Assembly (NCBI GenBank): GCA_046726415.1
Contig: JBKPAK010000294.1
Location: forward strand, 1 to 15,467
Length of the DNA: 15,467 nucleotides
Source of the DNA: Candidatus Methylomirabilota bacterium
GTDB taxonomy: Bacteria > Methylomirabilota > Methylomirabilia > Rokubacteriales > CSP1-6
Direction of reading: 5' to 3'
The number at the start of each line of letters is the position of its first letter. The stretch's first letter is position 1. The notes beneath the pieces were generated by a model. It worked only from the letters and a program-made list of their open reading frames with translations, searched no databases and was not told the origin of the DNA. The position numbers and the translations under genes were made by a program. Shown here in pieces: positions 1 through 8,367 of this stretch.

Positions 1-138
1 GAGCCAGTGGTGGCCCCACGTCGAGAAGTGGAAGCCGGCGGCGCGGCTCGCGCGAAGCTGCTCGAGCTGATTCTGCCACTGTTCCTGCAGGTCATGGCCC
101 TGCTCGACGACGTGGCCAACGTGGAATCCGATCTTCAT
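1..138 (-). CDS. LLM-class flavin-dependent oxidoreductase (luciferase-like), N-terminus; runs off the window edge
   Basis: Not in the ORF track. Manual translation from ATG 138 gives MKIGFHVGHVVEQGHDLQEQWQNQLEQLRASRAAGFHFSTWGHHWL, matching the LLM N-terminal pattern MKxG...EQ..A...GF...W..HH. Confidence 0.7.
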   Translation of the reverse strand, partial: MKIGFHVGHVVEQGHDLQEQWQNQLEQLRASRAAGFHFSTWGHHWL

Positions 139-147
139 GACCCAGCT

Positions 148-355
148 TGCTCAGAAAATCCACGTGGACAGACCAACGCGCTCATGCCGCGGGCTCGAGC
201 ATCACGCGGTATCCCTGGCGCTCAAGCGTCTCGACGGCCCGGCGCCGAGCGCGCTGGAGGTGGCGGCGGTCGTAGTAATCGGCTCCCAGCTCGCGGTACG
301 GGGTCTGCCGCGCCGGAACATGGTAGACGGTCACCAGCATCGCGTGCGCCACGGC
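148..355 (-). mobile_element. IS110-family transposase C-terminal remnant plus short 3' end
   Basis: Manual translation of 355->182 gives [57 protein letters not shown], a typical IS110 tail (AVAH..L...YH.....YRELGADY.D...LE..GY.V.L). The element end near 148 is approximate. Confidence 0.8.
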
Positions 356-542
356 GGTGCGGCATGGGCGCGTCTATGTCGCCGACGGCAACGCCTATTT
401 CAATCGGCCCGGCCCTCGCATCGTCGAGTCCTTGGAGATTCTTGCGGCCTGCCTCCATCCGGACGCTTTTGCCGATCTCCGCGCGAAGCACCGGGACTTC
501 GTGATTCGGGTGGATGCGGACCTGACGTCGCACCCGTTCTGA
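351..542 (+). pseudogene. C-terminal remnant of a cobalamin/iron ABC substrate-binding protein (BtuF-like)
   Basis: [37 protein letters not shown] is the conserved C-terminus of this family. The upstream part is replaced by the IS110 remnant. Confidence 0.8.
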
Positions 543-559
543 TCGGCCGCCCCACCTCC

Positions 560-1357
560 TCATGCGCGGCGACGCTTCCCGATGAACGCCTCGATGCCAG
601 TCATGGCAGCGGGGAGCAACATGTTGCGCGTCATGGTCGCGGAGGCGTCTGCGTAGGCTTCCTCCAGCCCGGTCTCGAGCTGGCGGTAGAAGAGCGCCTT
701 CCCCAGAGCCAGCGCGTCGCGTGATTTGGCACACAGCGTGGTGGCGAGCCGCATGGTGGTCCGGCGCAAGTGTGCGGCCGGTACCACGCGGTTGAGGAGG
801 CCCGATGCGAGAGCCTGGCGGGCATCGATGACATCGCCCGTGAACAGCATCTCGACGGCGCGCTTGCGCGGTACGGCGCGCGAGACGGCCACCGCAGGGG
901 TCGCGCAGAACAGCCCAAGAGTGATGCCCGATACCGCAAAGCGGGCGCGCACCGAGGCGACCGCCAGGTCGCACTGAGCGACGAGCTGACATCCCGCCGC
1001 GGTCGCGATGCCGTCGACCTCTGCGATGACGGGCTGGGGCAGACGCACGATCTTCAGCATCAGATCGCTGCACGTTCGGAAGAGCCGCGCGACCCGGTGC
1101 GACGCTGGATGGCGGCGCAACTCTCGGAGGTCGTGTCCGGCGCAGAAGGCTTCTCCCCGGGCCGCGATGATCACCACCCGCACCGACCCATCGCCCGCGA
1201 TGACATCCACTTCGGCGTGCAGAGCGTGGAGCAGCCCCGAGGACAGGGCGTTGTACCGCTCCGGGCGGTTGAGGGTGAGCACGGCCACGCCCGCATGGTC
1301 GGCCCGCAGGAGCGGGCGCTCGATGCGCGCCGCCCTTCGGATCACCGGCGTGTGCAT
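560..1357 (-). CDS. Enoyl-CoA hydratase/isomerase (crotonase family, ECHDC3-like)
   Basis: Motifs LTLNRPE.YNALS, AFCAGHDL, PQPVIAEVDGIATAAGCQLVAQCDLA and GLFCATP. Start taken at ATG 1357 (uncertain). Confidence 0.92.
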   Translation of the reverse strand: MHTPVIRRAARIERPLLRADHAGVAVLTLNRPERYNALSSGLLHALHAEVDVIAGDGSVRVVIIAARGEAFCAGHDLRELRRHPASHRVARLFRTCSDLMLKIVRLPQPVIAEVDGIATAAGCQLVAQCDLAVASVRARFAVSGITLGLFCATPAVAVSRAVPRKRAVEMLFTGDVIDARQALASGLLNRVVPAAHLRRTTMRLATTLCAKSRDALALGKALFYRQLETGLEEAYADASATMTRNMLLPAAMTGIEAFIGKRRRA

Positions 1358-1385
1358 AGGCGGCCCGCCTCGACGGCCCACCGAA

Positions 1386-3671
1386 TCATGCCTGCGCCCG
1401 GCTTCGCGCGGCCCGGACGGCCTCGACCATGGCCGTCAGGGCGGGGATCACCTCGTCCCACGTCCGGGTCTTGAGACCGCAGTCGGGATTCACCCAGAGC
1501 TGTGCGGCGGGGAGGTGCCGCAGCGCTGCCTCCAGCAAGGCGGTGATCTCGTCTTTCGAGGGTACGCGGGGCGAGTGAATGTCGTACACCCCCGGCCCGA
1601 TGCTGTTCGGATAGCGGAAGCGCCTGAAAACCTCGAGCAGCTCCATCTGGGAGCGGGCGCTCTCGATCGACACCACGTCGGCATCCATCGCCGCCACTGC
1701 CTCGATGATGTCGTTGAATTCGGAGTAGCACATGTGGGTGTGGATCTGCGTCTCATCGGCCGCGCCCGATGCGGCCAGCCGGAAGCACTCTACCGCCCAC
1801 TCGAGATACCCGGCCCAGTCCTGGCGATGCAGGGGCAGTCCCTCGCGCAAGGCGGGCTCGTCGATCTGGATGACCGCGAGGCCAGCCGCTTCCAGATGCG
1901 CGACCTCGTCCCGGATGGCCAGCGCGATCTGCCGGCAGGTGTCCGCCCGGGGCTGATCGTCGCGCACGAACGACCATTGCAGCATCGTCACCGGCCCCGT
2001 GAGCATGGCCTTCACCGGGCGCTCAGTCAGCGACTGCGCGTACCGCGCCCACTCCACGGTCATGGGCTCCGGGCGCCAGACGTCGCCATAGATGATGGGC
2101 GGTTTCACGCACCGGGAGCCGTAGCTCTGGACCCAGCCGTGCTCGGTGAGGGCGAAACCCCCGAGCCGCTCGCCGAAGTACTCGACCATGTCGGTGCGCT
2201 CGAACTCGCCGTGGACCAGCACGTCGAGGCCCACCGCCTCTTGCTGTCGCACCGCCCGCGCGGTCTCGTCTCGCAGCAGGGCCTGGTAGCTGTCGGCCGA
2301 TCGCGTGCCCCTGCGGAACTCGGCCCGAGCCGCCCGCACCCTCGCTGTCTGGGGGAAGGACCCGATCGTCGTGGTCGGCAGGACCGGGAGCGCGAGTCGT
2401 CGGTCCTGCTGCTCCCGGCGGATGGCGTAGGGACTCCGACGCCGGGCCAAGTCGGGCGCCAGGCTGGCCACGCCGCGCCGCACCGCCGGGTTGCAGAGGC
2501 GAGGAGACGAGCGCCGTGCCGCGAGGGCCGTCTCGTTGGCAGCGCGTTCGGCCTGGAAGTTGTCGCCACCACAAGTCACGTAGCGGCCCAGCAGCGTCAC
2601 CTCGTCCAGCTTCTCCGCCGCGAAGGCGAGCCAGGACTTGATCGTCGGCTCGAGCCGGCCTTCGCTTTCAAGCTCCATGGGGCAGTGCAGCAGGGAGCAC
2701 GAGGGGGCGACGAGCATCCGATGCGATCCGATCTTCTCACGGACGCAGGCGAGGATGACGGCCGCGCGGAACAGATCCGTGCACCATACGTTGCGCCCGT
2801 CGACGAGCCCGAGGGACAGCGACACGGCCCCTCTCGCCTGGGAGAGCGCCAGCGCCTCGTCGATCTCGTCGGGGGCGCGCACGAGATCGAGATGAACGCC
2901 GGCCACGGGCAGCTCGAAGGCCAGGGGGAGGTTGGCTCCCAGGCCGGCGAAGTACGCCGCGATCAGCAGCTTGAGACGGGGCGAGACGCGTCCGAGGCGG
3001 TTATAGGCGGTACGAATCGCCTCGGCGAGAACCGGGTCGGGATCGAGGGCCAGGCACGGCTCGTCCATCTGGATCCAGTCCGCGCCCTCACTCGCCAGCC
3101 GGTCGAGGACCTGTTCGTAGACGGGGAGCAGGGCGGGCAGGAGCGCCATCCGCGAGCCTGACAGCCCGCGCTGCTTGCCGAGATGGAGGAACGAGACGGG
3201 GCCCAGGAGGACGGGACGCGTGTGCACGCCAGCGTTCCGGGCCTCGCCGAACTCGTCGACGGGCTTCGTCGAGGCGAGACGGAACCGGGTACCGGCCTCG
3301 AACTCGGGGACGATGTAGTGGTAGTTGGTGTCGAACCACTTCGTCATCTCCATCGCTGGCTGACCCCCGCCCCGGGCCATGGCGAAGTAAGCCCCGAGCG
3401 CGCTTTCCTCGGCGGTTCGCCGGAATCGCGTGGGAATGGCGTCCACCATGACCGCTGTGTCGAGGACATGGTCATAGAGGGAGAAGTCGTTCGACGGGAT
3501 GTGCTCGATACCTCGCTCGGCCTGGAACCGCCAGTGGGCGAGCCGGAGGGCTCGGGCTCCCCGTTCGAGGTCGTGCGCATCAAGGTTGCCGGCCCAGTAC
3601 GCTTCGAGAAGCTGCTTCAGCTCGCGACGGCGACCGATCCGTGGAAACCCGAGGTTCGAGCTTGTGGCCAT
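1386..3671 (-). CDS. metE: Cobalamin-independent methionine synthase
   Basis: MATSSNLGFPRIG, EMTKWFDTNYHY, PTTTIGSFPQT, HGEFERTDMVEYF, Zn ligands HTHMCYSE and WVNPDCGLKTR. SD AAGGAGGA upstream of ATG 3671; 761 aa. Confidence 0.98.
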   Translation of the reverse strand: MATSSNLGFPRIGRRRELKQLLEAYWAGNLDAHDLERGARALRLAHWRFQAERGIEHIPSNDFSLYDHVLDTAVMVDAIPTRFRRTAEESALGAYFAMARGGGQPAMEMTKWFDTNYHYIVPEFEAGTRFRLASTKPVDEFGEARNAGVHTRPVLLGPVSFLHLGKQRGLSGSRMALLPALLPVYEQVLDRLASEGADWIQMDEPCLALDPDPVLAEAIRTAYNRLGRVSPRLKLLIAAYFAGLGANLPLAFELPVAGVHLDLVRAPDEIDEALALSQARGAVSLSLGLVDGRNVWCTDLFRAAVILACVREKIGSHRMLVAPSCSLLHCPMELESEGRLEPTIKSWLAFAAEKLDEVTLLGRYVTCGGDNFQAERAANETALAARRSSPRLCNPAVRRGVASLAPDLARRRSPYAIRREQQDRRLALPVLPTTTIGSFPQTARVRAARAEFRRGTRSADSYQALLRDETARAVRQQEAVGLDVLVHGEFERTDMVEYFGERLGGFALTEHGWVQSYGSRCVKPPIIYGDVWRPEPMTVEWARYAQSLTERPVKAMLTGPVTMLQWSFVRDDQPRADTCRQIALAIRDEVAHLEAAGLAVIQIDEPALREGLPLHRQDWAGYLEWAVECFRLAASGAADETQIHTHMCYSEFNDIIEAVAAMDADVVSIESARSQMELLEVFRRFRYPNSIGPGVYDIHSPRVPSKDEITALLEAALRHLPAAQLWVNPDCGLKTRTWDEVIPALTAMVEAVRAARSRAQA

Positions 3672-3676
3672 GGCTG

Positions 3677-3797
3677 CCTCTCCTCCTTCGACGAGCTGCT
3701 CCGAGGAGAGGAGGGGTGACGGGCAGAGATCGGGAGACCAGCAGCCCCCGAATAATGAACTACGCACGGCGCCAGCCCCGTAACCCTCCCCTCGGAG
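3677..3797 (-). promoter_or_regulatory. Riboswitch expression platform (SD sequestration with anti-anti-SD)
   Basis: In the mRNA, CCUCUCCUC (3711-3703) can pair with GAGGAGAGG over the SD (3685-3677). Alternatively CUCCGAGGGGAGG (3797-3785) pairs 13 bp, with one G-U, to CCUCUCCUCGGAG (3711-3699). Confidence 0.7.
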
Positions 3798-3812
3798 GAT
3801 CAGCTTCAGGTT

Positions 3813-3998
3813 GTCGCTGGCAGGTCTTCGGACTCGCGGGCACTCCGGCCTTTCGGCCGGGATCTACTGGCCGTCGCTTCCCGATCCCGCGGGATCAGTG
3901 CTGATGACGGCGGTCGTTCCCGCTCACCGCTGCGGGGCAGTCCCGGATTCGCACCGGGTTCCCTTTTCACCCCTCGCCTCGAGGGGCACCGGCGACCG
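3813..3998 (-). ncRNA. Cobalamin (AdoCbl) riboswitch aptamer
   Basis: Minus strand reads GGTGCCC...TGAAAAGGGAACCCGGTGCGAATCCGGGACTGCCCCGCAGCGGTGAG...CACTG...GGGAAG...GCGAGTCCGAAGACCTGCC (B12 box), directly upstream of metE. Confidence 0.95.
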
Positions 3999-4046
3999 CT
4001 TCAAGATGATCGGGACGTGCAGCCTTGTCAAGGCGGCCGCGTGGGG

Positions 4047-4727
4047 TCAGAACGCGGCATCGAGGACCACCTCTCCGGTGACGCCGACCTGATAGGCGGA
4101 GACGCGCCGCTCGAAGAAGTTGGTGACCTCCTGCACGTCCTGGAGGTCCATGAAGGCCAGCGGGTTTCGCGCCCCGTAGTACTTCGGGAGACCGAGCGTG
4201 GCGAGCCGCTGATCGGCGCAGAACTCGAGATACTGTCGCACCGCGGACACGGAGAGGCCGGCCACGCCGCTCCCCAGGAGGTCCTCCGCGAACTGCGTCT
4301 CGCAGGTCACGGCCTCCTTGAGCATGACGCGCACGGCCTCGGCCATCTCCGCGTCGAAGAGCTCCGGCTCCTCGTGCCGGACGGTCTTCACGACCTCGAA
4401 GGCGAAGGCCATGTGGGCGCTCTCGTCGCGGAACACCCAGCTCGTGCCCCGGCCAGGCCGTGTAGGAGGCCGCGGGAGCCCAAGAAGTAGACGTAGGCGA
4501 AGGCGCGCCAAAGAAGAACAGCCCCTCGATGCATGCGGCGAAGCAGATGAGGTTGAGCAAGAACTGCCGCCGCTGGGCCTGGGTGTCGAGCCGATCGAAA
4601 GCCTTCATGGAGTCCAGCCAGCGCAGACAGAAATCGGCCTTCTGCCGAATCGACGGGATGGTTTCGACGGCGGCGAAGGCGCTGTGGCGCTCCTCGGGGT
4701 CGGCCACGTACGTGTCGAGGAGGGTCA
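4047..4727 (-). pseudogene. nrdB: Class I ribonucleotide reductase beta subunit, 5'-truncated, two frameshifts
   Basis: Pieces TLLDTY...FAACIEGLFFFG / AFAYVYFLGSRGLLHGLA / GTSWVFRDESAH...NFFERRVSAYQ lie in three frames, with shifts near 4505 and 4450. The N-terminal portion is absent. Confidence 0.9.
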
Positions 4728-4728
4728 C

Positions 4729-4788
4729 AGCCCGGACAACTGGCTCGTGGACCAGGCCCTGCTTGACCGTCCCGGGAACAAGGAGATA
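4729..4788 (+). pseudogene. 20-codon internal fragment of an alpha/beta hydrolase (epoxide hydrolase-like)
   Basis: SPDNWLVDQALLDRPGNKEI matches a recalled conserved segment (SPD.W..DQALLDRPGN.EIQLDLFYDY). Confidence 0.6.
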
Positions 4789-5010
4789 CATGTCGCCGGA
4801 GTGGGCGGGCTGGCGGAGCGCGAGTGGTCTGGGCGTCGAGCCCGAATTGGCGAAGCGCTCATCGGCTTCAAAAAGCTCCGGGGCCGATGCCTTATGACGA
4901 CGTACGACCCGGACACACTCGAGCACGATCCGACCGTCCTGCGGCGGATCGTCCGGGAGATGGGCGGGCGGCTGGCCCTCGACACTTACGTCGTTCGGGG
5001 CGGGCGAATT
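4789..5010 (+). pseudogene. MOSC-domain protein internal fragment
   Basis: VAGVGGLAEREWSGRRARIGEALIG...RGRCLMTTYDPDTLEHDPTVLRRIV...GGRI contains the MOSC RC.MTT.DPDT motif. No start and no native end. Confidence 0.75.
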
Positions 5011-5287
5011 TGCCCTCGGGGATCCGATGGAGCTGCTGTAACGAAGGAGACTCCGTCAGCGGGCAATGAAATCGCGCATTTGAATTAGGTATGGTCAAAC
5101 ATGTCCCGTGGGGACCACCAACCATTGTACTGGCAAGATAAACAGAAGTATCTAATTTGGACCAGCTCTCCGGGCGCCGGCCGTCGGGCTCACCACCTAA
5201 GATTTAGGTGGTCGACCTGGCGCACCCTGGGAGGTTCCCCGGGACATCGCGCCCAGAGGCCCTCGCGCGTCGAGAGGGTAGGGTCAA

Positions 5288-6313
5288 TCAAGCGTGCAGT
5301 TCGACGACGTCGCCGTCCGCCAGCGGATGCTCGCTCCCGACCTGCCGTCCGTCGAATCCGGAGACGCCCCACACGCGCGCGTAGCGCAGCGAACGCGCGA
5401 GGTCCTTGTGGACGAGCCGCGCGACGTCCTCCACGGTCTGGCCTCGCCGCAGGGCGAAGGGCCGTTCGCGGTTGGGCGGGTGGCCCGGCACCTTGGTGTA
5501 GACCCGCACGATGCCCAGATGCGCGAACAGCCAGGGGCCGATCTCGCCCAGACCGTGCCCGGTGGCCGCCGACACGACCAAGGCCGGATAGGGCAGCCCG
5601 GTCAGCTCGAGGAGCGCCCGCAGCTCGCCCGCGGCATCGCCGACGCGGTCAGCCTTGTTGGCGACGAGCAACGTCGGGAGCCGCAGGGCGAAGGGGTCCT
5701 CGTTGTCCTCTGCGGCTGGTCCGGCTGACGCGCCGGCGGATGCCCATCGGTCGAGGAGCGTCACGCGCCGCTCGCGCAGGACCGCGTGCACCGCGGCGAT
5801 CTCCTCGAGGCCCGCGGGCTCGGCAAGATCCGTGACGAACAGACACGCGTCTGCCGTCTGGAGCGTGCTGGCGAGCCACGGGACCGGATGCTCGGGCGAG
5901 ACAGCGGGAAGGTCGATGAGCTGGAAGTGAACGCCCTCGTGGGGCATCATTCCCGGCTCGGGGTACCGGGTCGTGAATCGGTAGGGGGCGACCTGCGCGT
6001 CGGCGCCCGTGAGACGCCGGTGGAGCGACGACTTGCCCGCGTTCGGCGGCCCGAGCAGCGCGATCTGCGCTGCGCCTTCGGGGCGGACCACAAGCGCCGG
6101 ACCGCCGTGAGCCCCACCCGCCTTGGGTCGCTCGAGCTCGGCCGAGAGCTCCTTGATGCGCCGCTTGATGTCGCCCTGGAGATGATCCGTGCCCTTGTGC
6201 TTCGGGATCACGCGTAGCATCTCCCGCAGCCACTCGAGGCGCTGACCGGGGTCGCGCGCCTTGCGGAACGCGGCCTCCGCCGCCCTGTACTCGGGCGTGA
6301 GGTTGGCCGGCAC
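5288..6313 (-). CDS. DRG/OBG-family GTPase with C-terminal TGS domain
   Basis: MPANLTPEY...PKHKGTDHL N-terminus, G1 GPPNAGKSS, G2 YRFTT, G3 DLPA, G4 NKAD, and TGS segment RVYTK...TVEDVARLVHKDL...DGDVVELH. GTG start. Confidence 0.93.
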   Translation of the reverse strand: MPANLTPEYRAAEAAFRKARDPGQRLEWLREMLRVIPKHKGTDHLQGDIKRRIKELSAELERPKAGGAHGGPALVVRPEGAAQIALLGPPNAGKSSLHRRLTGADAQVAPYRFTTRYPEPGMMPHEGVHFQLIDLPAVSPEHPVPWLASTLQTADACLFVTDLAEPAGLEEIAAVHAVLRERRVTLLDRWASAGASAGPAAEDNEDPFALRLPTLLVANKADRVGDAAGELRALLELTGLPYPALVVSAATGHGLGEIGPWLFAHLGIVRVYTKVPGHPPNRERPFALRRGQTVEDVARLVHKDLARSLRYARVWGVSGFDGRQVGSEHPLADGDVVELHA

Positions 6314-6317
6314 GGGC

Positions 6318-6839
6318 CTACCCTGTCAGCGACCGGCGACGACGAGGAAGGCGAATCGCGTGTGGCCCGCGCGGATTGCGGGCCCGTCTCCGAGTCGGAG
6401 CGGCTGCACCCTCCCGGACCGGGGCCAGGCCATCCCGGTAGAAAGCATCGACGAGCTGACAGCGCGCGCTCCGACCGTCGGCGCACCGGGCGACGGTTTC
6501 CTCCAGAACCAGCTCCATCGCTTGCAGGTCCGCGATCTTGGCGCGGACATCGGCCAAGTGCGCGGCGGCGAGGGCGCGGGCCTCGGCGCAGGGACGCTGG
6601 CGATGATCCGCCAGGTCGAGGAGCTTCCGGACCTCGTCGATCGAGAATCCGAGGGCGCGAGCCCCACGGACGAACGTGAGCCGCTTAAGGTGTTCGGTCC
6701 CGTAGAGGCGATAGCCAGCGGCGCTGCGGGCGGGTGCGGGTAGCAGCCCGACATCATCGTAGTACCTGATGGTCTCCACCCTGGCCCCTGTGCGTCTCGA
6801 CAGCTCTCCGATGGCGAGACGGGCTGACGCGGTGTCCAT
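6318..6839 (-). CDS. MerR-family heavy-metal-responsive regulator
   Basis: HTH IGELSRRTGARVETIRYY, GYRLY, ARALGFSIDEVRKLL; Cys84, Cys119 and Cys127; SD GGAGGG. The C-terminal tail looks extended. Confidence 0.93.
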   Translation of the reverse strand: MDTASARLAIGELSRRTGARVETIRYYDDVGLLPAPARSAAGYRLYGTEHLKRLTFVRGARALGFSIDEVRKLLDLADHRQRPCAEARALAAAHLADVRAKIADLQAMELVLEETVARCADGRSARCQLVDAFYRDGLAPVREGAAAPTRRRARNPRGPHAIRLPRRRRSLTG

Positions 6840-6867
6840 GCCACCCTCCCGGACGCCGAGAATTCCC

Positions 6868-6898
6868 TTGAGTCTCTAGTTACTACAGGCTTTACCGT
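6868..6898 (+). promoter_or_regulatory. MerR-type promoter/operator
   Basis: -35 TTGAGT (6868-6873), 19-bp spacer, -10 TACCGT (6893-6898). Dyad AGTCTCTAGT-T-ACTACAGGCT (8/10) overlaps the spacer. Divergent from merR. Confidence 0.85.
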
Positions 6899-6943
6899 CA
6901 CGCTACATGACGTGACGGCAGTCCCTGGGGGGTGGGTGAGGTC

Positions 6944-7269
6944 ATGGAGCTCGAGATCAAGAACGCGGAGGAGCTGGTCGACCCCGCGCTGGAGGCCCGG
7001 TGGACCGCTCGCCGAGAGGCCCGTCTGACGGACGTCCTCCAGGCCGTCCTCCGAGCCTTAGGCGATCGGGGAGGTCCGGTCTCCCTGGAAGAGATCGCCG
7101 TCGCCCCTCCGGGCCGCGCCGTTGCCGTCGTCGGGAGACGCTGGTCGCCCTGGACGATGAGGATCTGATCCAGCTCCAGGGAGACCGCGTGGAGATCGCG
7201 TATCCGTTCTCTGCGATCCCGACGGCCTTCACCACTCCACACCGTCACCCTCCCGCACACGCTCGCTAA
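6944..7269 (+). pseudogene. merB: Organomercurial lyase MerB-like, frameshifted and 3'-truncated
   Basis: MELEIKNAEELVDP...GGPVSLEEI, a frame change near 7115-7135, then LVALDDEDLIQLQGDRVEIAYPFSAIPT (AYPFS..PT motif). The catalytic CAxD part is missing. Lies under the MerR promoter. Confidence 0.7.
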
Positions 7270-7340
7270 CTGACGTCGGCCTCGGCGCTGGCCACCTCGA
7301 TCCGGGGGAATCGCGCTGTTCCCCCACTACGAGAATGCAG

Positions 7341-7390
7341 TTGACAGGTTCGCAGTGGTTAGTGGATACTTACGGTTAGCGCGCGCTTAC
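7341..7390 (+). promoter_or_regulatory. Promoter with tandem ArsR operator sites
   Basis: TTGACA at 7341-7346 and GATACT at 7365-7370. Two adjacent 17-bp units GGTTAG-N6-CTTAC (7357-7373, 7374-7390), each an imperfect palindrome. Confidence 0.65.
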
Positions 7391-7391
7391 G

Positions 7392-7730
7392 ATGAAGAAA
7401 ACGGTGAACGCGACGGATCAGATGGCCGCTCTTGGCGATGCAACGAGACGGAACATCGTCGAGATCTTGTCGGCTCGGCCGAGTTCGGTGGCAGACGTTG
7501 CGCGGCGATTGCCCGTCTCACGGCCAGCCGTGTCTCAGCACTTGCGGGTGCTGAAAGCTGCCGGCTTGGTAACGCTGCGAAAGGAGGGAACACGGAACAT
7601 CTACCAGCTCGATCCCAAAGGAGTCGCGGCGCTGCGCGATCACCTGGATTCGCTTTGGGAGACAGCCCTGGAGCAGTTCAAGACGAGGGCGGAGCGATCT
7701 TCGCTCCGACCAAAGGAGAGGCGCAAATGA
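7392..7730 (+). CDS. ArsR/SmtB-family transcriptional regulator
   Basis: ALGDATRRNIVEIL, LPVSRPAVSQHLRVLKAAGLV, GTRNIY. Stop overlaps the next start (ATGA). Confidence 0.92.
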   Translation: MKKTVNATDQMAALGDATRRNIVEILSARPSSVADVARRLPVSRPAVSQHLRVLKAAGLVTLRKEGTRNIYQLDPKGVAALRDHLDSLWETALEQFKTRAERSSLRPKERRK

Positions 7731-8215
7731 CAACTTTAGACAAAGCCCGAGTCCAAGTGGTCGTGCGCAAGTCGGTGCTGGTGAATGCCCCACAAGCGCA
7801 TGCTTTCGCGGTGTTCACGGAGCAACACGGCAGCTGGTGGCCGCTGAAAACCCACCATATCGGTACCGCTCCGGCACAGACCGCGATCATGGAGCCACGC
7901 GCGGGAGGGCGCTGGTTCGAACGTTCCAGCGATGGCGCGGAGTGCGATTGGGGGCGGGTGTTGGTCTGGGAGCCCCCTCACCGAATCGTATTGTCCTGGG
8001 ATATCGGCGCGGACTGGAAGTACGACCCCAAGCTAGGCACTGAGGTCGAGGTTCGGTTCGTCTCCGAAGGCCCGGACACTACGCGAGTCGAGTTGGAGCA
8101 CCGTGGGCTCGAACGCTACGGAGCGCAGGCCGAGACCATGCGAGCGACCTTCGATTCTGAGCGTGGGTGGGGTGGCATCCTTCGAGGCTTTGCGCAGGCT
8201 GCCGCGAAAGCTTAA
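7727..8215 (+). CDS. SRPBCC/AHSA1-like domain protein
   Basis: VRKSVLVNAPQAHAFAVFT, WWP, EPRAGGRWFE, WGRVLVWEPPHRIVLSW, TEVEVRF, TRVELEHRG. SD AAGGAG. Confidence 0.93.
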   Translation: MTTLDKARVQVVVRKSVLVNAPQAHAFAVFTEQHGSWWPLKTHHIGTAPAQTAIMEPRAGGRWFERSSDGAECDWGRVLVWEPPHRIVLSWDIGADWKYDPKLGTEVEVRFVSEGPDTTRVELEHRGLERYGAQAETMRATFDSERGWGGILRGFAQAAAKA

Positions 8216-8221
8216 TCCCTC

Positions 8222-8261
8222 CGGGTTCCGGAAAGTCCGAGCGCGCCCTTTCCGGAACCCG
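8222..8261. terminator. 14-bp perfect hairpin after the SRPBCC gene
   Basis: CGGGTTCCGGAAAG (8222-8235) and CTTTCCGGAACCCG (8248-8261). There is no U-tract, so a terminator role is uncertain. Confidence 0.5.
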
Positions 8262-8367
8262 CCTCAGCTATCAGCCGGGGAAACGCGAGGAGTTACCGAT
8301 GAGGATGAGGAGCCAGGCAGCCGCCACTCCGAGGCTGGGCTCCCCGAGAGGGGCAACCTACGTTGCA

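Noticed and set aside
7..724. Plus-strand ORFs 7-504 and 137-724
   Set aside because: Better explained by the minus-strand LLM and IS110 sequences and the btuF-like tail.
1008..3161. 717-aa plus-strand ORF and other long overlapping ORFs
   Set aside because: Antisense shadows of metE and the crotonase in high-GC DNA; no motifs.
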